From positions 22,692,001 through 22,756,000 of the forward strand of contig OZ024764.1 in assembly GCA_964016885.1 (NCBI GenBank): a DNA stretch of 64,000 nt. The letters run 5' to 3'. This stretch comes from Eledone cirrhosa (taxonomy: Eukaryota). The notes beneath the pieces were generated by a model. The model did no database searches. It had not been told where the DNA came from and saw only the letters and a list, made by a program, of their open reading frames with translations. The position numbers and the translations under genes were made by a program. Position 1 is the stretch's first letter. Each line of letters opens with the position of its first letter. Positions 35,586 through 49,280 of the stretch are shown in pieces.

Positions 35586-38058
35586 ACGAGGTAAACATTT
35601 TTAACTTTCCCCTTTTTTTGCTTTGTCCGAGACAACTCAAAATATTCTTCAAGGAACTGGATTTTCCATTCGGTTGGATCGAACGGATTTTACCATTTAT
35701 AATCTACGGAGAGGAATAACAGATGTTCGGAGGAAAAAAGAATTGTTTGTGGCAACAACGTAGGGAACCAACCTGGAGCAATTGTATCACACAATTATAC
35801 TTTCCTCCTTAACATACACTTACAAGTTTTCAAAATCAAACCCCCCAAATATAAAATATAAATAATTATAAATGGCGAGGAACCATCCCATCTCCCTCTT
35901 GAAATAACCTGAATCTATTTATAGTCAGGTGTGACTGAAAGGTCAATCCATACTTCCATTCTATTTCACAGAATTAGAAGCTTTGACCACTTGATAGAAT
36001 TCAGGTCCAGTAATGTAATCACTCCGTAATTGTAAACATCTTGTATCACTATCATTCAGGTTTTTATTTTACTCAAGTCTTGCCCATGTTTTTTTTTTTT
36101 CTTTTTTTTTACACAAACTCACAATTTCGGTTTTTACTGCGGATTTACCCATGCGAACTATTACACAAACTCACAGCCTTAGATTTTGTATTTCTAGCGT
36201 TTTTATTTTCCTTCTCTTTGCATGTTCAGTGCTCTTTCTCTCCCACTGTATTTATCTGCCTCTCACATGACCACACTCCTCTCCACGCACTCATCATCTT
36301 CTCACTCCTTCTACACATTCCAACGCTGGCCCTCTACTGCCGGCTGTTGCCAGCCCGCCACCTGATTGCGCCCTCTGTGCCCGCACTAACCAGTACTTGA
36401 AGACAATTAAATGTCACCTATGCCACGCAAGCCAAAGCTCAAGCCGAAAGGCTTCAACACTGGACCTGTCATCGGTGCCACTTCAGCTCTGACTATTCCG
36501 TGGGGATGACCAACACTCTACCGACGACTTTGCCACAGCCCCCCTGGGCTTCTCCAAATCAAAGCACCTTAGGAGCCCCGATCACAGACCTGGCCTTCGA
36601 GTCAACCATCCAATCGAAGATGGTTGGCCTTGAGCAGCTGCTGAGGAATATTGAAGATATCGAACCCCATCTAAGTTTCTTCTTACTCAGGAACTACCTG
36701 TCTATTCCTAAGCTTCTGTATCTACTCAGGGTCAGCCCCTCTCACAGATTTCCATCCTGCCTCCAACGCTTCGACGACCTAATCTTCGAGAGACTCGAAT
36801 GTCTGGTCAATGTTAGTAAGTGTTCGTCCCTCTCTCTGCCCTGCTTCCTTTCCTCCACCCAAGCTTGCAGCATCCTCTCCTCTCCAACATGGACTAGTTC
36901 CAACAGGGAGTTGTGTGAAGCTCTCCAGCAATGGAGTGAGTTGGGCTTGTCTCTTCCTGAGAAGGTGGAGGACAGGATACGTTGGAATGCCACCTTCGAC
37001 TCCCTCTTCGTCCTCTCAGATCAGTTTACAAGGTGCCGCTTACCATCTGCCAGCGCCAAATACTCCGGTGACTGGGTCGATGCCTTACCCGTGGCCAACG
37101 TTGGAGGCCTACTCAGCCTGGATGAACTTCGTGTCTCCATCACCCTCACAGTGGGAGCTGACGTCTGCATGGGTTTGAGATGTGGCTAACTCCTCGACTC
37201 CACAGGCCCCCACGGTCTTTCTTGCTGCCTGAATGCCGGCCACTTTGCCCGTCACACGGAGCTAAACTTTATTCTGAAGAGAGCTTTGGCCCGGGCAAAC
37301 ATCCCCTCGGTCTTGGAACCATCTGGGTTGTCCAGAAGTGACGGCAAAAGACCTGACGGCCTTACCCTGTGCCCCTGGTCGAGAGGCAGGTGCTTAATCT
37401 GGGACGTCACTGTTAGTGACTCCTTTGCTCTTTCCCACATCCTTGATGCTGCGGTAAGGACGAGAGCCACAGCTTCGGCAGCCGAGCGGAGTAAGACCCT
37501 CAAATACTCTGATCTGTCGACCAGCTACATTTTTCAGCCTGTGGCTTTCGAGACGTTTGGGGGAGTCGGGCCGCTGACTGCGAGGTTCCTTTCCTCACTG
37601 GCGGCTCGCCTTATAGAGGTAACTGGCGAAATCGCGAGGGCGCTTGGCTGTTCCAGCACCTCAGCCTCGCCATCACCCGATGTAACACTGCCAGTGTGCT
37701 GGCTTGCCTCAAAACTCATTAGAGAGGTTTCCCAGTACCCCTCGTTGCTGTCTTTTGCTCTGGTGTTGGCTCCGTTGTCCACCCCTTCCTTTACATTTTC
37801 TTTAATATTGCAACATTGAAGGAATTTATCTTTCATTGTATCATCCTTTATAGTGTTACCGAGGCATTTGTAATGTTATTTATATATTTAAAACATATTT
37901 CTTATGTTATTCTACTGTAAATTTATTTATATGCTCTGTTTATATATTCATTCTGAAGTAACTTATCCACTTGTGTTGATATAAGTGATTCTATGACTTT
38001 CCTCTAAGCATTGTGTCATTATATATGTTATTATAAACGTGAATAAATTGAATTTATA
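35586..38058 (+). mobile_element. CRE-clade (restriction-like endonuclease) non-LTR retrotransposon, internally deleted, unit-3-specific
   Basis: LLRNYLSIPKLLYLLR, SGDWVDALP, HGLSC..RH, EPSGLSRSDGKRPDG..PW..GRCLIWDVTV..AERSK..KY..FETFG; empty site ACCACCAAGTGTGATAA at 17982. Confidence 0.8.
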
Positions 38059-38246
38059 GTGTGATAATAGGCCACACCTCACACCCTAGGGGTTAACTAC
38101 ACACTTTGAGGCAAGCCAACACACTGGCAGCATTACAACGGGTGATGGTGAGGCTAAGGTGCTTAAATAACCAGGTACTCTTACGGATATCACCTGACAC
38201 CTCAGTAAGGTGAGGCTACGGTGCTGAAATAACCAGGTACCCTCAC

Positions 38247-38606
38247 GGAAACGACTAGATTTGTAGAAAAAGTAGGGTGAAAGTATACAAAGAGATGTAG
38301 TTTCACAGATCTACTCACACCTCACGTTGGGTGAGAATAATTATTTTTCTTAGAATTCTTGCTATACCCCTTTTCCAGTATTTTTTCTCTGAACCCCTTA
38401 GATACTTGCGATAGACGTTTTATTTCCCAGTATTAGGATTAGGGTTTCCGTTTTCAGGAAGAAAAGTCGATTGCAAACATCTAAGAGTTCGAGCAATAAA
38501 ATTAAGGAAAGATAATTATTTCCCAGCCAACTGGAGAAGTGTGTAGCTCTTCTAAACTCTGATAATCCTGTCTCCCACTTCTTTATCTACAAATCTAGTC
38601 GTTTCC
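38247..38606. mobile_element. Palindromic MITE paralog
   Basis: Same TIRs as 3026-3369. Confidence 0.75.
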
Positions 38607-39321
38607 TGCTACTTTGTTCCCTGGGGTATGCCTTAGTATTTGACACCATCTATCTGTCTTACTCCCTAACTAGAAAGAAGTCAATCTGTCTCATGTGCTC
38701 ACCTGATTGGTAGGTTATTAGGTGGTTGGTAGGTTTCTTGAAGTGTTGCAAATGGTTAGTTCACTTGCATCACAAAATACAAGAAGCCTCACTCCTCCTT
38801 CATTTCTTGAGCCATAACCATGACCACCATGTACCCCAGTGTATCTATCCTGGAGCTGTCCAACATGACCATGGTAGTCCCCTGCTATTATAATTAGGTC
38901 TCTGTCATTGTGGTTATCTCTACTTATTCCTTTTCTACATATGGAGCAGGGCCACTTTCCTGAAGGTGTCAGGGTCTTCTCTCCTATCCATTAGCACTTT
39001 AGTTTTGGCTAAGTATATTCTCAGAACTTACCATTTCAAATTCTATATCTATAGCTGGTCATCTACATAGAGAAGTTTCCATAGACAGCCAGTCTTAAAC
39101 CTCTCTGTTATGGCTTGGAGAACTATGATGAACAACAGTGGGCTAAGAACTAAACCATGATGAACTCCTACCTGTACCTTCAATTGCTCACTAGACACAC
39201 TTCACTGACAGCTTCTCACAAGGCATTCTTCTACACCTAATTTCCTTAACCCTTTAGTATATAAACTGGCCATATCTGGCCAGAATTCTCCCACATCTTT
39301 CTGTTCAAACTGGCCATAATT

Positions 39322-41112
39322 AAATAATAATAACAATAATGAAATATTGTGTACAGTGCCCAGGTGCACCACAACTCATCAAAAAAGTGCATGTACAGTA
39401 CATAGGGCAATGCACAAACATCAGTAAAATGAACAGTGCACGAGTCATGATACACAAATGTGTGCATGTGTATGGAAAGGGTACATCAGGTGTAGTTTTG
39501 GCATATTTCGGGAAGCATGAGTGTCTTAAAGGATGCAGTGTCTCGGCAGATAACAACTGACGCAGGCAGTTTGTTCCCTACTTCAGCAACTCTGAACGTG
39601 AAAAAATGTCTACGAAAGTCATGGGAGCTGTGCTGTTTTCTGATCTTGTAGGCATGTCCACGTGTGTTAGACACATGGAGATCAAAGAGGCGCTCAGGGT
39701 TGCAATTGGCGAGATGGTTAAAAACTTTGTGGGCATTCACCAAGTCCATTGCCAGACGTCGGAGCTTCAATGAATTCATGCTCAGGGAAGCAAGGCGTTC
39801 AGAGTATGGTAGGTGTCTGATGGAGGGTATGCGCTTGGTTGCACGTCTCTGAACAGTTTCCAGGAGGTCAATGTTCTGAGCAAGATAGGGGTTCCAGACT
39901 GATGATGTGAATTCCAAGTGTGGTCGTACCATAGCTGTATACAGTTTTAAATAGATGGCTGGAGAGCGGCTAACAAAGGTCTTGCTGAGTGATGCCAAGA
40001 CACCCTCGGCCTTCTTGACAATCTTAGAGACATGCTTTGTCCAACGCAAATCGTTGCTGACAGTAATGCCCAGGTCACGTTCACAAGAGGACTTTTTGAT
40101 ATCAGTGTTGTGGAGGGAGTATGTGGACGCTGGATTTTTCCTTCCAAAATGCATGGTGGTACACTTGTCCACAGCCAGCTTCAGTTGCCAGTCTGTGATC
40201 CATTGCTGCATTGTGTCCAGGTCTGATTGTAGGAAAGAGTTTTAAATTTCAGGATCAGTCCTTTTGATTTCAAGGTACAGCTTGATGTCATCTGCATATT
40301 TCAGTACCGTGGCATTCTGTAAGTTGGCATCTATGTCATTAATATATGCCACAAACAAAAGAGGACCAAGAACAGATCCCTGTGGTACACCAGATGACAT
40401 CTCATATGGTGAAGAATGCTGACCTAGAACCGTGACTACTTCTTTTCGGCTGAGAATGAAGGATTTCAACCAGTCGAAAAGATCATCCCTCACACCCATT
40501 GCAGAGAGTTTTGCCATAAGTCTTTTGTGTGGCACAGAATTAAAAGCCTTAGCAAAGTCAAGGTAAACAACATACACCCATGAGCTGCTGTCAGTGATCC
40601 GGGTGATGTCCTCAAGGAACTCAATAAGCTGATCACAGCAGCTGGAGTTAGGGATAAATCCAAACTGTGAGGGCCGGATGAGGCTGTGAGAGCTCCAGAA
40701 GTTCCAAAGTGTTTCTCTGACACAGGATTCCATCAGTTTGGCCATACAGCTAGTAAGACTGACTGGACGATAGTTGACAGGTGACATGCGGTTGCTCTTT
40801 TTGAACAGGGGAATGACACTGGCAGTTTTCCACTGCTCCGGAGTAGCACCATTGTTGAGACAGTATTGAAAGAAGAAAGAAAGCTGGCGCAAAAGGAAAT
40901 ACCCGCCACGTTTGAGAAGCAGGTATGTCACACCATCAAGACCAGGGGAGGCATAGTTGCGCTTATTCTTAAGGTGACGTCACAACATTGCAGGTGTAAA
41001 TTCCATAGTTGTTATGGAATTTGATGTTAGAGATGGTGGAGATGGTACATTCTGGTTTTCAACAGTAAAAATACTTGCATAGCACTCAGCAACGAGTTCT
41101 GCGCATTCCTTG
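39322..41112 (-). mobile_element. CR1-clade LINE, 5'-truncated, inserted into the piggyBac MITE (39250-41251)
   Basis: NYRPVSLTS, YLDFAKAF, GVPQGSVLGPLLF, YADD, VRPHLE..VWNPY, TRGH; one in-frame stop at 40242; (ATT)-rich tail. Confidence 0.9.
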
Positions 41113-41251
41113 ATTGGTCACTTATACTTATGTTAAGGTATTGTTCTCAATATAAATAACATGAAAATCTCATAGATTTGATATTATGAGAGATAAAGCA
41201 TTTACTGTGAAAATATAATAGTAAATATAAAGTAATGTGAATACGAAAGGG

Positions 41252-42096
41252 TTAATCTAATGTCACTAATAACTACTTTTATCAGTCAGTTTAATCTAAT
41301 GTCACTAATAACTACTTTTATCAGTCAGTATAATCTAATGTCACTAGTAACTACTTTTATCAGTCAGTATAATCTACTGTCACTAATAACTACTTTTATC
41401 AGTCAGTATAATCTAATGTCACTAATAACTACTTTTATCAGTCAGTATAATCTAATGTCACTAATAACTACTTTTATCAGTCAGTATAATCTAATGTCAC
41501 TAATAACTACTTTTATCTGTCAGTATAATCTAATGTCACTAATAACTACTTTTATCAGTCAGTATAATCTAATGTCACTAATAACTACTTTTATCAGTCA
41601 GTTTAATCTAATGTCACTAATAACTACTTTTATCAGTCAGTTTAATCTAATGTCACTAATAACTACTTTTATCAGTCAGTTTAATCTAATGTCACTAATA
41701 ACTACTTTTATCAGTCAGTTTAATCTAATGTCACTAATAACTACTTTTATCAGTCAGTTTAATCTAATGTCACTAATAACTACTTTTATCTGTCAGTATA
41801 ATCTAATGTCACTAATAACTACTTTTATCAGTCAGTTTAATCTAATGTCACTAATAACTACTTTTATCAGTCAGTTTAATCTAATGTCACTAATAACTAC
41901 TTTTATCAGTCAGTTTAATCTAATGTCACTAATAACTACTTTTATCTGTCAGTATAATCTAATGTCACTAATAACTACTTTTATCAGTCAGTTTAATCTA
42001 ATGTCACTAATAACTACTTTTATCAGTCAGTTTAATCTAATGCCACTAATAACTACTTTTATCAGTCAGTATAATCTACTGTCACTAATAACTAAC
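41252..42096 (+). repeat. 39-bp minisatellite expanded to ~21 copies
   Basis: 13-aa periodic spurious ORF MSLITTFISQFNL. Confidence 0.95.
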
Positions 42097-43037
42097 CTAT
42101 GTCAGTCAGCACATTCTTCACCAAAGAAGGCCTTAGTATTTATTACAGTCCATTTATCAATATAGAAATATTATATGAAATTTGTACTGATGTATTACAA
42201 GTTTCTGAGTATCTTATAATGTTCTTTTATTATTTCAGAATACCAGAGGACATTGGCATTAAAGAGCACATTACATCAGACATATCCTCAACATTAACCA
42301 TTTCTAATGAAAGACACTATCCATCATTTTCAAATAATTTTGAAAACACTCAACACTTTGAAGGGATTTAGTAATATAACTAAATTTCTCAGTATTAAGC
42401 TGCTATTTGGAACATAACTTTGCACAATTTCATGAAGTTACAATGGAAAGTTTTTAGATAAATATAAAGACTGGTATGAAAAGGATAAAACACTTTTATA
42501 TCAGTTGTTTCATCAACACCATTATTTAAAGATTAAAGGAAGCTGTTATACAGAACAGATACAACCTTGTTTATATAAATCTATGGGAGAAATACTGTGA
42601 AATATTTCTTGTAAACTCAATAACCCTTCTATTCTTTGCTGTCTGGAATATGTAGAAGATACAAAATAAAGCTGAAGAAATTTACACATGATTTTGTAAG
42701 ATCTTCATATATTGACAAAGATGATAGTAGATGGAACTACAGGAGTAGAAATATTTCCATTATTACAGGAATAACTAATCAAATGAAAACTAGAAAAATT
42801 AGATTCTTCACTGTCTGGAATATGTACAAGATGATTTTATATGTATATTAAACTTGAAGACATCAACAAAACAGTTTGTATCATCTTTAAATATAAAGAA
42901 AGACCAAGTTGATGGAAATATATCTGGAGGAATATGTTTTAGGAATAATATTATAAACATAAAGAAGAAAAATATCCATATATTGCGAGGAGAAAAATAT
43001 TAAAACTGTGAATTATGTGAGAAACTGACGTGATTGA

Positions 43038-44258
<1,221 letters not shown>

Positions 44259-44783
44259 CAGTAGTACCTTAACCAAGCATGTGTGTATTCATACAGAAGT
44301 TTAGCTGTATCAATATCAAACTCATTACATCATACTACAACAACAACAACAATTGTGTAGATCCATCATCCTTGCTAAAACTGGGGTTAACCTTGTAGGT
44401 TTTACCTATGACAGGGATCATAAACACCAGGTTTCCATTTTTGAAGTAGTGTTTAAAGATTTTGTGTAAATTAATGTTTTTCACATTAAACTTTGATTTA
44501 TTATACTTTAACAGGTAAGATATATATTTGTATTTTTAGTAAAGGTTGGCAACTTCTGTAATTTAAACCTGCCAATAAAATGAAACTTTTGTTGTTGCTA
44601 GTCTGACATTGATATTAATTCTATTGTCCTGTACATTGTCTCAAATATCACAGATTAAACAGATTTTAACAATAACAACAGAAATCAATAATTTGTAAGC
44701 CCAATATCTAGCTTCCATTTTAACTATTTGATATTGTTGTTCTCCTCCTGTCTCTTCAGGTGTTTTAGATTTCAACTTCTATC

Positions 44784-44885
44784 ATCATCATCATCATCAT
44801 CATCACCGTTTTACGTCCGTTCTTCCACGCTAGCATTGGCCAGAGGTCACGGTTGTAATACAGAGGTGTAATTGGGTACGGTCGG
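44784..44885 (-). mobile_element. 102-bp RTE tail insertion with 8-bp TSD
   Basis: TSD CTTCTATC (44776-44783, 44886-44893); (CAT)n then the reverse complement of the 4102-4144 tail. Confidence 0.85.
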
Positions 44886-45285
44886 CTTCTATCTACTGTT
44901 CTATTCCATCACCAAGGCAACATTCATCTGGCTGACAGCTTACATCAGCTACAGATCTCATCAGTGGTTCACAACAGGCTGTCTGAAAGAAACTTTCAGA
45001 TATCTTCTATGTCATAGCTATCAATCTCCTCCTCCTTATCATATGTATCATGTAGAACATCTCTGAATTTATATTTAAGAGGGAGATCTTTTACTGTCCC
45101 TACCCTTTTGTTAGATTGTCTTGTACCTCTCTCACAGTCCCTCTAGATCTTATATTTAACAGGGAGATCTTTTACTGTCCTTACCCCTTTTGTTAGATTG
45201 TCTTGTACCTCTCTCACAGTCCCTCTAGATCTTATATTTAACAGGGAGATCTTTTACTATCCCTACCCTTTATTTAGGTTGTCTT

Positions 45286-46440
45286 ACATGTGGCCGGTGC
45301 TCTGGTGCAATAAGTAGCAGCAAGTGCCCACAAAATACTAGCTCTTTCAACTGCGCAGAGGGTTCTATAGAAATAGTGGACAGCTTCCGTTACCTGGGTG
45401 ACAAAATCAGCAGTGGGGGAGGGTGCTCCGAAAGTACAGTAGCTAGAGTCAGAACTGGATGGAAAAAGTTCAGAGAGCTTATACCACTATTAGCCGCTAA
45501 AGGGTTCTCCCTAAAAATGAAAGGCAGGTTGTATGATGCCTGCATACGAACAGCAATGTTGCATGGCAGTGAGACCTGGGCATTGTGTGCAGAGGATATA
45601 CGCAGACTAGAGAGGAACGAAGCTTGCATGCTCCGCTGGATGTGTAATAGTAATATACGCGAACGGCAAAGCATAAACGAACTAAGGAAAAAATTAGAAA
45701 TAAGAGGGATCAGATGTTGTTTACTCGAGAGAAGGCTACGTTGGTATGGTCACGTGATGCGCATGAAAGACGACAGCTGTATAGCAAACTGCAGGGCAAT
45801 AAAGATAGACGGTAGCCACGGAGTAGGCAGACCCAGAAAAACCTGGGACGAGCTGATAAATTCCGACCTCACACACTTACACCTCTCCAAGACAATGAGA
45901 CAATGTCACTGGACTGAGAGCTTTGGCGGTACTCAGTAATAGAGAAGACCCGCCTTACCTAAATACAAAGTAAAACCTACTACAGTCAGTAGGCATCTCT
46001 AACAAAATACACCCCCACACCGCCCCTTTCAATGTAAAGTTATGTTGGTGCCACAAAATCCAGGCCGAAACGAATGAGATCGTGTAGGTCTCACGACAAA
46101 AAAAAACACAGTCCACGCTGTAATATGACCGTGTAGGCAACACGGTAAAAACCTCCCAGTCCCACACTGTAAATGTGGTTGGTGTTAGGAAGAGCATCCA
46201 GCTGTAGAAAACCAGCCAGACAGTCCACGCTGTAATGTGGCCATGTAGGCAACACAGTAAAAATCTCCCAGCCCCACACTGTAAATGTGGTTGGTGTTAG
46301 GAAGGGCATCCAACTGTAGAAAACCCGCCAGACAGTCCTATGCGAGCAAGACAACCACTCTTGCCTCAAGTGGGAAAACTCCCGTCCAAACCCATGCGAG
46401 CATGGAACATGGACGTTAAACGATGATGATGATGATGATG
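45286..46440 (+). mobile_element. 5'-truncated RTE LINE inserted in the 82-bp minisatellite
   Basis: Highly similar to 28713-29776; TSD TGTCTT; 112-bp tandem duplication in the 3'UTR (46109/46221). Confidence 0.93.
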
Positions 46441-47003
46441 TCTTGTACCTCTCTCACAGTCCCTCTAGATCTTATATTTAACAGGGTGATATTTTACTGT
46501 CTCTACCCATTTCTCAAGGTTGTCTTGAGCCTCTCTCACAGTACCTGTAGATTTTATATTAAACGGAGATGTTTTACTGTCCCTACCCTTTTCTCTAGGT
46601 TGTCTTGTACCTCTCACAGTCCCTGTAGATCTTATATTTAACAGGGAGATCTTTTACTCTCCAACCCTTCTATCTCCAGATAGTCTTGTATCTGTCAGTC
46701 CCTCTAGATCTTACACCTAGTATCTAGTCTATATTGAGTGGTATGTCCTTCTCCAGTAAAGGAGTTAATATTCCCAACCATCTGTCTATCCTGTTTTCTG
46801 ATGAGAATGAAGTCAATCTAGTTTATCTCTTCACCTGATTGAAGTAACTAGATCAAGTAACTAGATGTTTTCCTGTAAGTTAGTGTTGCAGTGTTTGTGT
46901 CACCATGTAAGGTTTATATCTATTAATATAGAGATGTAGTAAAGTTTTCACTGTTGTATCTCTACTTTCTAAATATCTTAATAATGTTTCTCTACTATTT
47001 CAG

Positions 47004-47445
47004 AATATCAAAAGACCTTGACAGAAAAGAGTCTTTTAAAGACAACAGAAAGATGTTACATTCAAGTGATATAAACTTGTTTAGTCTGTGGTGAATTATG
47101 GTGAAATATTTCTTCTGAATTGAGATAAATAACAACATTTTCCTTTTTCACTGTCTGGAATATTTACAAGATGATTTTACATTCTGATTAAACTTTGGAT
47201 ATTTACAAAGGAGTTTTCAAAATATTGGATATTGACAAAGATCACATTTGGTAAAATTATGAACAATAGAAATATTTACATCAACATAGGAATAATTTCC
47301 AGAAGAGATGGGAAAATCATTATACCACTGTAATATTTGTGGTAAAGTATTCTCTCTTCTTTATATGTAGAACATCTAACTAAACACTTTAATTAACAAA
47401 CTATTGTGCTATAGAATTGACAAACTTGAGGAATGTTTAATAAAT
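47004..47445 (+). pseudogene. Decayed second zinc-finger exon paralog
   Basis: Homologous to 11428-11860. Confidence 0.62.
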
Positions 47446-47498
47446 GTTACAGATTTCTCCAAACTGTCGTTTACTAACTTTAATTTGAAGCTATATTA

Positions 47499-47859
47499 TA
47501 TATATACTACTAAAACTCTGTGATTGTGTCTTGTCTGTAATTTAATACAGCTAAAACAGTGCATAATGGGGAAATACTTTGAAAAGAATAAAACAAGTTT
47601 TGTATAAATTGGGGCACAGGTTCCCAAGATACGGGGTTTTCTGGGTACCTTGATAAATATAGGGAGAGAAAGAGATAGTGGTTGTGAGAGAGAGGGAGCT
47701 GGTGGTGTTGTTTAATAAAATATGTGTGTGTATATATATATACGTATGTGTATATATATATACGTATGTGTATATTTTAACTAATTAAAAACTATTTTAA
47801 AATGACTTTTAAAAAATAGTTTTAAGGGAACGTGACCCAACAGGTCCCGGGTGGTCTAG
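47499..47859 (+). mobile_element. Helitron-like element paralog
   Basis: CTAG|T end with hairpin. Confidence 0.7.
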
Positions 47860-48266
47860 TTTGTTACTAAATACTAGATATTAGAGGGTCATGCTGTTCT
47901 AGATGTGCTGGAAGAGCCATTCCATCTTGTGAGGTTCACAGATGCAGCTAGCCACCTCAGCACCTATGGTGGTATATTTATTATATTATTTATTCTTTAT
48001 CATTAACATTAATATAATAGATAATTATATATTTTTAGAAAAGAACCTCTAACTTCATATAGCTTAGGGCTTCAGTAGGTAAAAGTCTGGCCTGCTTGTC
48101 TTGTATTTTTTAGGGGAGAAGTTAGGGAATACTGTTATTGTGTGAAAGTTTTCTAAATCTTCTTCAGCCACTAACATGGAGAAGATATTTCAGTAAGAAG
48201 GTTCACATCCTGACATCTATAGCTGTTAACAATGAGATTGGAATTCGTTATTAAACAAATGTTATA

Positions 48267-49157
48267 TCATCATCACTGTTTTACATCAGTTTTTCCACGC
48301 TGGCATGGGTTAGACGAGTTATCCTGTTGTAAGCAATGCCAGGTCAGGTGACCACGTCTTGCTCCTACAGAACAAATTTTGGATTGGTTTCTACAGCTGG
48401 ATGACCTTCCTAGAACCAACCTTATTTACATTAAGTACTCGGTGCTTTTTGTTGTCACACCTACATGACCACTTTACAGTGTGGACTGGGTACTTTTTGT
48501 TGTGACACCTACATGACCACTTTACAGTGTGGACTGGGTGCTTTTTAACATCTCACCAGCACCACCACTTTACAGTGTAGGCTGGGTGCTTTTTACCATC
48601 TCACCATGATGACCACTTTACATTGACTACTGGGTGCTTTTTGTCGCGACACCTACATGACCACTTTACAGTGTGGACTGGGTGCTTTTTGTTGTGACAC
48701 CTACATGACCACTTTACAGTGTGGACTGGGTGCTTTTTGTTGTGACACCTACATGACCACTTTACAGTGTGGTCTGGGTGCTTTTTGTTGTGACACCTAC
48801 ATGACCACTTTACAGTGTGGTCTGGGTGCTTTTTGTCGCGACACCTACATGACCACTTTACAGTGTGGACTGGGCACTTTTTGTCGTGACACATACATAC
48901 ATACATACACACACATATACATACATTTATAATATAACCATACATGACCACTTTACAGTGTGGTCTGGGTACTTTTTGTTGTGACACCTACATGAGCACT
49001 TTACAGTGTGGACTGGGTACTTTATGTTGTGACACCTACATCACCACTTTACAGTGTGGACTTAGTACTTTTTGTTGTGACACCTACATGACCACTTTAC
49101 AGTGTGTACTGGGTACTTTTTGTTGTGACACCTACACAACCTCTTTACAGTGTTGGC
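48267..49157 (-). repeat. RTE 3'UTR remnant with 48-bp minisatellite
   Basis: Same unit as 12885-13730. Confidence 0.85.
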
Positions 49158-49280
49158 CGTGAAATATCTAATGCACCAGCTTCAGTAATCAGAAGATCGC
49201 TGTTTTCTATATTATAATTTTATAATATACATATAAACACACATACAAACACACACATATATATATACAGTATATATATA

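Noticed and set aside
41260-42165. 301-aa ORF of MSLITTFISQFNL repeats
   Set aside because: Translation of a stop-free 39-bp intronic minisatellite; copy number is 2-5 in paralogs and there is no coding signature
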